Assembly: GCA_031459625.1 (NCBI GenBank)
Contig: JAVKIH010000032.1
Span: 1 to 11,398 of the forward strand
Length of the DNA: 11,398 nucleotides
Direction: 5' to 3'
From: Candidatus Geohabitans tengchongensis
GTDB lineage: Bacteria; Sysuimicrobiota; Sysuimicrobiia; Sysuimicrobiales; Humicultoraceae
Shown here: positions 1-10,712 of the stretch, piece after piece
How positions within the stretch are numbered: position 1 is the first letter of the stretch
How the letters are laid out: each line of letters opens with the position of its first letter
Translations under genes and position numbers: made by a program
The notes under the pieces: model-generated
What the model saw: the letters and a program-made list of their open reading frames with translations, nothing else
What the model was told of the DNA's origin: nothing
The model's database searches: none

Positions 1-63
1 CGCCATGGGCACAAGACGCCACGGGAGGCCTACGCGCTCGCCCAGCAGGTGGCGGCAGCATGA
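1..63 (+). CDS. C-terminal end of an IS transposase (probable IS3 family, integrase-core domain), partial at window edge
   Basis: Frame 1 reads RHGHKTPREAYALAQQVAAA-stop(61-63). This resembles the 'xxG-x-x-T-P' tail of DDE integrase-core transposases and is followed by an IR-like end at 81-106. Only 20 codons are visible. Confidence 0.65.
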   Translation, partial: RHGHKTPREAYALAQQVAAA

Positions 64-106
64 TCAGCGAAGCCGAGAGAGTGTCCAAGGAACCGGGACC
101 GGTGCA
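1..106 (+). mobile_element. Right end of a probable IS3-family insertion sequence; terminal inverted repeat about 81-106
   Basis: 81-106 GTGTCCAAGGAACCGGGACCGGTGCA; reverse complement TGCACCGGTCCCGGTTCCTTGGACAC resembles IS3-family ends (TG...CA termini, IS51/IS629-like TGAACCGCCCCGG...GGA-AC). IntI homology stops exactly at 106/107. Confidence 0.7.
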
Positions 107-735
107 CGTGCAGGTGGTGACGGCGCCGCTGGCCGGTCGCCCGGTCGACGTAGATCCGGGTAGCCGGGAAGACCCACTGCCAGTCCCACTCCCGGCCCGC
201 GCTGGGGTACTGCCGCACCAGGGCCCCGGGGAGTTCGACCCAGCCGGCACCCCGCGCGAGATCCCGCTCATGCTGCCGCCGCACACGTTCGAGGTGTCGG
301 GCCAATTCGGCTTTGACGGCGGCCGGCAGCACGGTCACGCGGTCCTTGTCGCCCTGGCCGGTCCGCACGACGATCTGGTTTCGTGAGAAATCCATATCCT
401 CCACCCGCAGACAGGCGCACTCCAGCAGGCGCAGTCGGGGTCCGTACAGCAGCAGCGCCATCAGGCGCGGGATTCCCTGAAGGTGGCCAAGGGGCGCCCG
501 CACCTCGTCGCGGGTCAGCATCACAGGGAGCCTCCGGGGGCGCTTCGCGTGCACGAGACCGTCGAGCCAGGGGACGTTCTGCCCGAGCACTTCACGGGAG
601 AGGAAGGGGGGCACTGAGGGCCTGGTTCTGGGTCGAGGCCGCCACATTGCGTTGCACGGCTAGCGACGTGAGGAACTGCGCAATCTCCGCGGCGCCCATC
701 TCGGCCGGATGACGCTTGCCGTGGAACAGAAAAAG
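107..735 (-). pseudogene. intI: Integron integrase (tyrosine recombinase) pseudogene
   Basis: One frame gives LFHGKRHPAEMGAAEIAQFLTSLAVQRNVAASTQNQALSA (~735-610). After a frameshift in the G6 run at 606-611, a second frame gives FLSREVLG...KRPRRLPVMLT...LLYGxxLRLLEC..LRVEDMDF...GQGDKDR and the IntI-specific insertion VELPGALVRQYPSAGREWDWQWVFPA...RRHHLH. The usual N-terminal ~30 aa and the C-terminal HxLRH and catalytic Tyr are absent. Confidence 0.92.
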
Positions 736-770
736 CCGGCCAGGGCTCTTGGCTAGAGCACCTGACCGGC
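725..770 (-). terminator. Intrinsic terminator downstream of the ser operon
   Basis: Minus strand GCCGGTCAGG-T-GCTCT / AGCCA loop / AGAGC-CCTGGCCGGC followed by TTTTTCTGTT: a 15-bp stem with one G:U pair and one bulge, then a U-tract. Confidence 0.75.
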
Positions 771-872
771 CGCTGCTCTCTCCTGCGGCAGCGACATGCT
801 GCCAGAACAACGCGTAAACGCACGAGGAGCGAACCAACTCACCGGCCGCCGTCAAGGGCCTGACTTGGTGAG

Positions 873-1544
873 TTACCGCTGGGCTCGCGGCAGCAGGCTC
901 AGGTGCGCCGTGTCGTTCACCGCCACCACCACCGGCGGGCCGGCGCCGTACTCCACCACGCTGATCCCGCCGTTGTCCAGGACGAGCCGGCCCAGGTGGT
1001 CGTAGTCCATGCCCAGCGCCTCCCCCAGCACGACCCGCAGCACCACCTCGTGGGAGACGAGCGCCACCGTGGCCCCCGGGTGGGCGGCCACCACGCGCCG
1101 CACCGCCCCCAGCGCCCGGGTGCGCACGTCGAAGAGGCGCTCCCCGTCCGGCATCACCACCCGTCCGGGCAGCCGCTGCCAGAGGGCGTACCGTTCGCTG
1201 TCGCGCGCGGCCACCTCGGCCCAGGTGAGCCCCTGCCAGCGCCCGTGGTCGATCTCCACCAGCTCGGGGAGGGTGACGACCGGAAGGCCGTGCGGGCGGG
1301 CCACCGCCTCGGCCGTCTCCCGGGCGCGCCGCAGCGGGCTGCTGTAGACGGCGACCAGCGGCAGGGCGGCCAGGCGCCGGCCCAGCGCGGCCGCCTGCGC
1401 CTCGCCGAGCGGCGTGAGCGCCACGTCGGCCTGCCCCTGCACGCGCCCGTCCACGTTCCAGCGGCTCTGCCCGTGGCGGATCAGCAGGAGGCGGGTGGGG
1501 GGAGCCGGGGCGGGCGTCGGGTCGCTCATCGGCGCGTGGGGCAT
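873..1544 (-). CDS. Histidine phosphatase (PGM superfamily), probable metal-independent phosphoserine phosphatase (PspA type)
   Basis: LIRHGQS catalytic motif, RVQG, SSPLRRARETA, EIDHG, VSHE, C-terminal NDTAHL; lies directly downstream of serA. The start may be ATG 1529 instead of 1544. Confidence 0.88.
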   Translation of the reverse strand: MPHAPMSDPTPAPAPPTRLLLIRHGQSRWNVDGRVQGQADVALTPLGEAQAAALGRRLAALPLVAVYSSPLRRARETAEAVARPHGLPVVTLPELVEIDHGRWQGLTWAEVAARDSERYALWQRLPGRVVMPDGERLFDVRTRALGAVRRVVAAHPGATVALVSHEVVLRVVLGEALGMDYDHLGRLVLDNGGISVVEYGAGPPVVVAVNDTAHLSLLPRAQR

Positions 1545-1578
1545 CGGCCGCGGTCACCCGCACGGAGGGGTGCGGCCA

Positions 1579-3288
1579 TCACGGCGGCAGCGCCACCAGG
1601 CGGGCGTCGAAGATCCCGGGGATGGTGAGGAGTTCGGCCAGCAGGTCCGGCGGCACGGGGTCGTCCAGGCCCAGCACCATGATGGCCCGGCCCCGCGGCC
1701 GGTCGCGCCCCACCTGCATGGAGGCGATGTTCACGTCGGCGTTGCCGAGCATCGTCCCCACCTTGCCGATCATCCCCGGACGGTCGTCGTTGTGGCAGAC
1801 CAGCAGGTAGCCGCGGGGCAGGAGGTCGACCCAGTACTCGTCCACCCGCACGACGTGCGGCTCCCCGCGGATGACCGTGCCCGCGACGGCGCGGCGCTGG
1901 TCTTCCGCCGCCACCTCCACGCCCAGCAGCGCCGGCCAGGGGTCGCGCTCGTCGGGGCGGCGCTCCTCGACGATCTCCAGCCCCCACCGTCGGGCCACCA
2001 GCGGGGCGTTGGCCAGGTTCACCCGCTCCTCGGTGATGGGCCCCAGCAGACCGCGCAGCACCGCGGCCTGGAGCGGGGCGGTGGGCAGCTCGGCCAGCTC
2101 CCCGCCGTAGACCAGGCGGACGCGTCCCAGCCGCCCGCCGTGCACGCCGCCCAGGAACCGGCCGAGGCGGTCGGCCAGGTCGGCGAAGGGCGCCAGCGCC
2201 GCCGCCGCCTCCGGCGGGACAATCGGCGCGTTCACCGCGTGCTCGGCCAGCCCTCCCTGCAGCACCGCCACCACCTGGCGGGCCACGTCCACCGCCACCG
2301 CCGCCTGCGCCTCCGCCGTGGAGGCGCCCAGGTGCGGGGTCAGGACCACGCGCGGGTGGGCGGTCAGGCGCGGGTTGCGCGGCGGCTCCTGGGTGAAGAC
2401 GTCGAGCGCGGCGCCGGCCAGGTGGCCGCGGTCGAGCGCGTCCAGCAGCGCCTCCTCGTCCACCAGCCCGCCGCGGGCGGCGTTGATGAGCCGGGCCCCG
2501 GGCTTCATCCGGGCGATGGCCTCGCGCCCGAGCATCCCGCGCGTCGCCTCGGTGAGGGGGACGTGCAGCGTCACCACGTCGCTGCGCGCCAGCAGCTCGT
2601 CGAGCGGCACCAGGGGCACCCCCAGGCGTGCCGCCACTTCCGCCGGGAGGTAGGGGTCGTGGGCGATGACGTGCATGGCCAGCCCGCGGGCCCGGCGGGC
2701 CACCTCCTGGCCGATCTGCCCCAGGCCGACGATGCCGAGGACCTTGTCGCGCACCTCCACGCCGACGAAGCGGCTGCGCTCCCACCGGCCCGCCCGCACC
2801 GAGGCGTCGGCCTGCGGGATGTGGCGCACCAGGGCCAGCAGGAGTGCCAGCGTGTGCTCCGCGGCGGCCACGGTGCTGGCGCGGGGGGCGTTCACCACGA
2901 CCACCGCCCGCCGCGTGGCCGCGTCCAGGTCGATGTTGTCGACCCCCACCCCGGCGCGGCCAATCACCTGCAGACGGGGCGCGGCCTCGATGACGGCCGC
3001 GGTCACCGGCGTCTCGCTGCGGACGATCAACGCGTCGCAGGCCCGCACGGCGTCCAGGAGGGCGTCGGGCGAGAGGTCGGTGCGCAGGTCCACGTCGGCG
3101 ACCTGGCGCAGCAGCGCCAGGCCCGCCGGGTCGATCGGCTCGGTGACGAGGACGCGGGGGCGGTCCCCGGACGGGGTCGTCGAGGGGGGCTGGCCGGGCG
3201 AAGCCGTCGGCGCCGGTCCCCCGGAGGCAGTCATCGGCGGGAGCCCTGCAGGCGCGGCCACCGGCGGGCGCCGCTCGGGCGCAGCCAT
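1579..3288 (-). CDS. serA: D-3-phosphoglycerate dehydrogenase (long form with ASB and ACT domains)
   Basis: GRAGVGVDNID, GIVGLGQIG (NAD binding), LHVPLT, INAARGGLVDE, LDVFTQEP, TPHLGASTAEAQ, C-terminal ACT NDDRPGMIGKVG..LG...VNIASMQV. ATG 3288 overlaps the upstream stop (TGATG); an alternative in-frame ATG is at 3234. Confidence 0.96.
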   Translation of the reverse strand: MAAPERRPPVAAPAGLPPMTASGGPAPTASPGQPPSTTPSGDRPRVLVTEPIDPAGLALLRQVADVDLRTDLSPDALLDAVRACDALIVRSETPVTAAVIEAAPRLQVIGRAGVGVDNIDLDAATRRAVVVVNAPRASTVAAAEHTLALLLALVRHIPQADASVRAGRWERSRFVGVEVRDKVLGIVGLGQIGQEVARRARGLAMHVIAHDPYLPAEVAARLGVPLVPLDELLARSDVVTLHVPLTEATRGMLGREAIARMKPGARLINAARGGLVDEEALLDALDRGHLAGAALDVFTQEPPRNPRLTAHPRVVLTPHLGASTAEAQAAVAVDVARQVVAVLQGGLAEHAVNAPIVPPEAAAALAPFADLADRLGRFLGGVHGGRLGRVRLVYGGELAELPTAPLQAAVLRGLLGPITEERVNLANAPLVARRWGLEIVEERRPDERDPWPALLGVEVAAEDQRRAVAGTVIRGEPHVVRVDEYWVDLLPRGYLLVCHNDDRPGMIGKVGTMLGNADVNIASMQVGRDRPRGRAIMVLGLDDPVPPDLLAELLTIPGIFDARLVALPP

Positions 3289-4397
3289 CAGCGCACGGCG
3301 GGGACGTGGGGCGCCAGGACGGCGCGCAGGCCATCGAGCACCGGGGTGATGTCGCCCTCGCTGACCGCGCCCAGGTGGCCGATGCGCAGGATCCGCCCCG
3401 CCAGCTGGCCGGGCCCGCCGGCCAGCACCACGCCGTGGTCGGTGCGCAACCGCTGCAGGACGGCCTTGGCGTCCGCCCCGTCGGGGAGCCAGAAGGCCGT
3501 GACGGTGTCCGAGGCGGTGCGCTCGTCGTGCGGGACCAGGCGCAGGCCCAGCCGTTGCACTCCCTCGCGGGTGGAGCGCCCCACGCGCCGGTGGCGCGCC
3601 CACACCGCCTCGACCCCTTCCGCCCGCAGCCGGCGCAGCCCCTCGCGCAGGGCGAAGCACACCGAGAGGGCCGGCGTCCAGGGGGTGCTCCCCTCCTGCG
3701 CGGCGTCGCGGGCGCGGCGCAGGTCGAAGTAGAAGCGCGGCATGCGGGCCCGCGCCTGCGCCTCCCACGCCGCGGGGGAGACCGCCACGATGGCTAGCCC
3801 TGGCGGGGCCAGCCACCCCTTCTGGGATCCGGAGACGACCACGTCCAGCCCCCAGGCGTCGGTGCGCAGCTCCAGACAGGCCGCCGAGCTGATGGCGTCT
3901 ACCAGCAGCAGGCGCCCCTCCTCCTTCACCACCGCGGCCAGCGCGGCCAGGTCGTTGGTCACCCCGGTGCTGGTCTCGTTGTGCGTGACCAGCACCGCCC
4001 GGATGGCCGGATCGGCGCGCAAGGCCTGCCGGACGCGGTCGGGGTCGGCCGCCGCACCCCAGGGGAAGGCCAGCGGCATCACCTCGGCCCCGTAGGCCTG
4101 GGCGATGGCGGCGAAGCGCTCGCCGAAGTAGCCGACCGACACGGCCAGCACCCGGTCGCCCGGCGAGAGCGTGTTCACCACCGCGGCCTCCAGGCCGCCG
4201 GTGCCCGAGGCGGTGAGCAGGATCACGTCGTGCCGGGTGGCCAGCACCTCCTGCAGCCCGGCCGTCACCTCGGCCAGCAGCGCGCGGAACTCCGGGCCGC
4301 GGTGGTTGATCATCTGCCCGGACGCCGCATGGCGGACCTCGGGCGGCAGCGGGGTCGGGCCGGGGATGCGTAGGTGGACGGGACGCTCGTCGCTCAC
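3288..4397 (-). CDS. Class V PLP-dependent aminotransferase (alanine/serine-glyoxylate aminotransferase-like), probably the phosphoserine aminotransferase here
   Basis: IPGPT, SGTGGLEAA, HNETSTGVTN, VDAISS, SGSQKG (PLP Lys) xxPPG, TPWTP, RIGHLG. GTG at 4397 is preceded by SD GGAGGGG. Translationally coupled to serA. Confidence 0.92.
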   Translation of the reverse strand: MSDERPVHLRIPGPTPLPPEVRHAASGQMINHRGPEFRALLAEVTAGLQEVLATRHDVILLTASGTGGLEAAVVNTLSPGDRVLAVSVGYFGERFAAIAQAYGAEVMPLAFPWGAAADPDRVRQALRADPAIRAVLVTHNETSTGVTNDLAALAAVVKEEGRLLLVDAISSAACLELRTDAWGLDVVVSGSQKGWLAPPGLAIVAVSPAAWEAQARARMPRFYFDLRRARDAAQEGSTPWTPALSVCFALREGLRRLRAEGVEAVWARHRRVGRSTREGVQRLGLRLVPHDERTASDTVTAFWLPDGADAKAVLQRLRTDHGVVLAGGPGQLAGRILRIGHLGAVSEGDITPVLDGLRAVLAPHVPAVR

Positions 4398-4548
4398 AGG
4401 TTCCCCTCCGCTGGCGGCGGTCGATGCGGGTCCTGGAGCTGTGTCGTCCGCACCGGACCGCCCTGGTTGGAAGCACAGGTTGGAGGCCGGGCGCCCGGAG
4501 TCCTGCCTGCCGAAGCAGGAAGGCCCGAACGCACGGCGCATTCCTCCA

Positions 4549-4556
4549 ATTATGGT
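4549..4556. promoter_or_regulatory. Possible overlapping -10 elements of a divergent promoter
   Basis: The most AT-rich patch in the intergenic region, AATTATGGTT: CATAAT on minus (4554-4549) and TATGGT on plus (4551-4556). The candidate -35 TTGCCA on minus is 20 bp away, which is non-canonical. Confidence 0.4.
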
Positions 4557-4602
4557 TCGTCCTCTGGTCGATGCTGGCAAGCCCGAGCGTGGTGCACCCG
4601 GC

Positions 4603-5892
4603 GTGGAGGTGGGCGTCGGCCTCCTGGGGTTCGGTGCGGTGGGCGCACAGGTCTACCGCCTCCTCGAGGAAGGGGCGGAGCGCATCGCCCGGCGCACCGG
4701 GTGGCGTCCCACCGTCAGGCGTATCGCCGTCCTGGACCCCGCGCGGCCGCGCCCGCACCCCCTCCCGGCCCACCTGCTCGCCCCCGACGCCGCTGCCGTA
4801 GTCGGTGACCCGCAGGTGGAGGTGGTGGTGGAGGTGATGGGCGGGCTGGAGCCGGCGCGCACGCTGGTCCTGGAGGCGCTGCGCCGGGGCAAGGCGGTGG
4901 TGACCGCCAACAAGCGCCTGCTGGCCACCCACGGGGCGGAGGTCTTCGCGGCCGCCGCGGCGACGCAGGCGCCGCTGGCCTTCGAGGGGGCGGTGGGCGG
5001 GGCCATCCCCATCGTGAAGCCGCTGCGCGAGACCCTGGCCGCCGACCGGGTGCGCGTCGTCGAGGGTATCCTCAACGGCACCACCAACTTCGTCCTGACC
5101 CGCATGACCCGGGACGGGTGGTCGTTCGCCGACGCCCTGGCCGAGGCGCAGCGACGCGGGTTTGCCGAAGCGGACGCCAGCGAGGACGTCGGCGGGCACG
5201 ACGCCGCCGCCAAGCTGGCCATCCTGGCCTCGCTGGCCTTCGACGCCGCCCTGACCGACGCCGACGTCTTCCGCGAGGGGATCCAGGAAGTGGCCCCGCG
5301 CGACATCGCCTACGCACGCGAGCTGGGCTACGTGGTCAAGCTGCTGGCCGTAGGCCGGGACCTCGGCGAGGCGGTGGACGTGCGCGTCCACCCGGCCCTC
5401 ATCCCCCAGACCCACCCGCTGGCCACGGTCGAGGAAGAGCGCAACGCCATTCTGGTGGTGGGCGAGCGCGCCGGTCCCCTGGTCCTGAGCGGCCCGGGAG
5501 CCGGGGGCGCGGCCACGGCGGCTGTGGTGGTGGGCGACATCCTGGACGCGGCCGGGCGGCGCCGGCGCGGGTCGGGGGAGGCGGAGCCAGCGCTGCGTCC
5601 GGCAGGGGCTCCGGCCCGGCGGCCGGTGTGGCCGGTGGAGGACCTGGTGATCCCCTACTACTTCGGCCTGCAGGTGACCGACCGCCCCGGGGTCTTCGCC
5701 CGGGTGGCCGCGGTCTTCGGCGAGGAGGAGGTGAGCATCGCCTCCATCGTCCAGAAGAGCCGCGGGGCGGTGGCCGATGTCGTCCTCCTCACCCACGAGG
5801 CGCGGGAGGCGGCGGTGCGCCGGGTGGTGGCCCGGCTGCGCGCCATGGACGTGGTGAAGAGCGTGGACAGCGTCATCCGGGTGGTGGAGTGA
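4603..5892 (+). CDS. hom: Homoserine dehydrogenase with C-terminal ACT domain
   Basis: GLLGFGAVG, VVEVMGG, VVTANK, FEGAVGGAIPIVK, GILNGTTNFVL, GFAEADASEDVGGHDAAAKLAILA, GPGAGG, ACT DRPGVFARVA. Start uncertain (GTG 4603 or ATG 4552). Confidence 0.95.
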   Translation: MEVGVGLLGFGAVGAQVYRLLEEGAERIARRTGWRPTVRRIAVLDPARPRPHPLPAHLLAPDAAAVVGDPQVEVVVEVMGGLEPARTLVLEALRRGKAVVTANKRLLATHGAEVFAAAAATQAPLAFEGAVGGAIPIVKPLRETLAADRVRVVEGILNGTTNFVLTRMTRDGWSFADALAEAQRRGFAEADASEDVGGHDAAAKLAILASLAFDAALTDADVFREGIQEVAPRDIAYARELGYVVKLLAVGRDLGEAVDVRVHPALIPQTHPLATVEEERNAILVVGERAGPLVLSGPGAGGAATAAVVVGDILDAAGRRRRGSGEAEPALRPAGAPARRPVWPVEDLVIPYYFGLQVTDRPGVFARVAAVFGEEEVSIASIVQKSRGAVADVVLLTHEAREAAVRRVVARLRAMDVVKSVDSVIRVVE

Positions 5893-5947
5893 ACGCGCTG
5901 GGCTCCAATCTCGCAGGGGAAAATCCGAACGTTTCGCCGTCGCGCCC

Positions 5948-5977
5948 TTGACAGATCCGCGCTGACGGTGTAGCAAT
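5948..5977 (+). promoter_or_regulatory. Putative sigma-70 promoter for gltB
   Basis: Perfect -35 TTGACA (5948-5953), 17-bp spacer, then a weak -10 TAGCAA(T) at 5971. Confidence 0.55.
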
Positions 5978-5987
5978 CTGCGAAAGC

Positions 5988-6090
5988 GCGCGCTTCGGCG
6001 CGCCCCGACATACCCGTTGCACCGCGTCGGCAGCCCGAGGAGGTCCCACGTCAGGACCTGGACGCTGGGACGGCCTCGGGCTTCGCCTTT
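5988..6090 (+). promoter_or_regulatory. Structured 5' leader of gltB (three hairpins; possible attenuator or cis-regulatory RNA)
   Basis: GCGCGC-TTCG-GCGCGC (5988-6003); CCGAC...GTCGG (6005-6030); AGCCCGAGG..TCCCA..TGGGA..CCTCGGGCT (6032-6082) followed by TCGCCTTTGT. Confidence 0.45.
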
Positions 6091-6098
6091 GTGGGGAG

Positions 6099-10501
<4,403 letters not shown>

Positions 10502-10502
<1 letters not shown>

Positions 10503-10530
10503 TGCCCCCGGCGCGTTGGCGCCGGGGCAT
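10502..10530 (+). terminator. GC-rich hairpin right after the gltB stop (terminator or mRNA stabiliser)
   Basis: ATGCCCCCGGCGC-GTTG-GCGCCGGGGCAT: a 12-bp stem with a one-C bulge and no U-tract. Confidence 0.4.
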
Positions 10531-10658
10531 GGCAACCAGGCCGCCACACGGCTGAAGTCTGGCCGGGCGGGGCCGGACCAGCAGCCCGGCGAGCCTGCCG
10601 GTGGCGAAGCCCGCAAGAGGTGCAGGAGGACGGGGCCGTGACGCCTCGCCAGATGGGG

Positions 10659-10675
10659 CGGCACGGCCTTTGCAT
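10659..10675 (+). promoter_or_regulatory. Sigma-54 (RpoN) -24/-12 promoter upstream of amtB
   Basis: CGGCACGGCCTTTGCAT matches TGGCACG-N4-TTGCW with exact GG-N10-GC spacing (GG 10660-61, GC 10672-73), about 40 bp before the amtB start. Confidence 0.75.
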
Positions 10676-10712
10676 ACCCGACCGAAGGCGGCCGCCCGGA
10701 GGAGGGGGGACG

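Noticed and set aside
832..878. attC site next to intI (AAC...GTT inverted repeat)
   Set aside because: Only 39 bp from AAC to GTT, shorter than typical attC sites. The flanks do not fit RYYYAAC/GTTRRRY and no L boxes with extrahelical bases are evident.
4455..4470. T-box-like AACCAGGGCGGTCC on the minus strand
   Set aside because: Lacks the TGGNACC core that pairs with the tRNA NCCA end; no recognisable stem I or specifier loop.
4478..4549. tRNA-like GGAGG...CCTCCA ends about 70 nt apart
   Set aside because: No D-loop or T-loop (TTCGA) consensus in position; it folds as one long hairpin, not a cloverleaf.
5926..5936. CGAAC-G-TTTCG LexA-like palindrome
   Set aside because: Lacks the 4-nt spacer of the CGAAC-N4-GTTCG box, and the context is not SOS-related.
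3289..5976. Apparent 1465-aa SerA fusion in the ORF track
   Set aside because: The N-terminal ~900 aa are stop-free off-frame and antisense sequence over the aminotransferase and hom. SerA homology begins only after ATG 3288.
10609..10624. NtrC-like GCCC-N7-GTGCA site
   Set aside because: Imperfect match and only about 35 bp from the -24 element, closer than usual for an enhancer.
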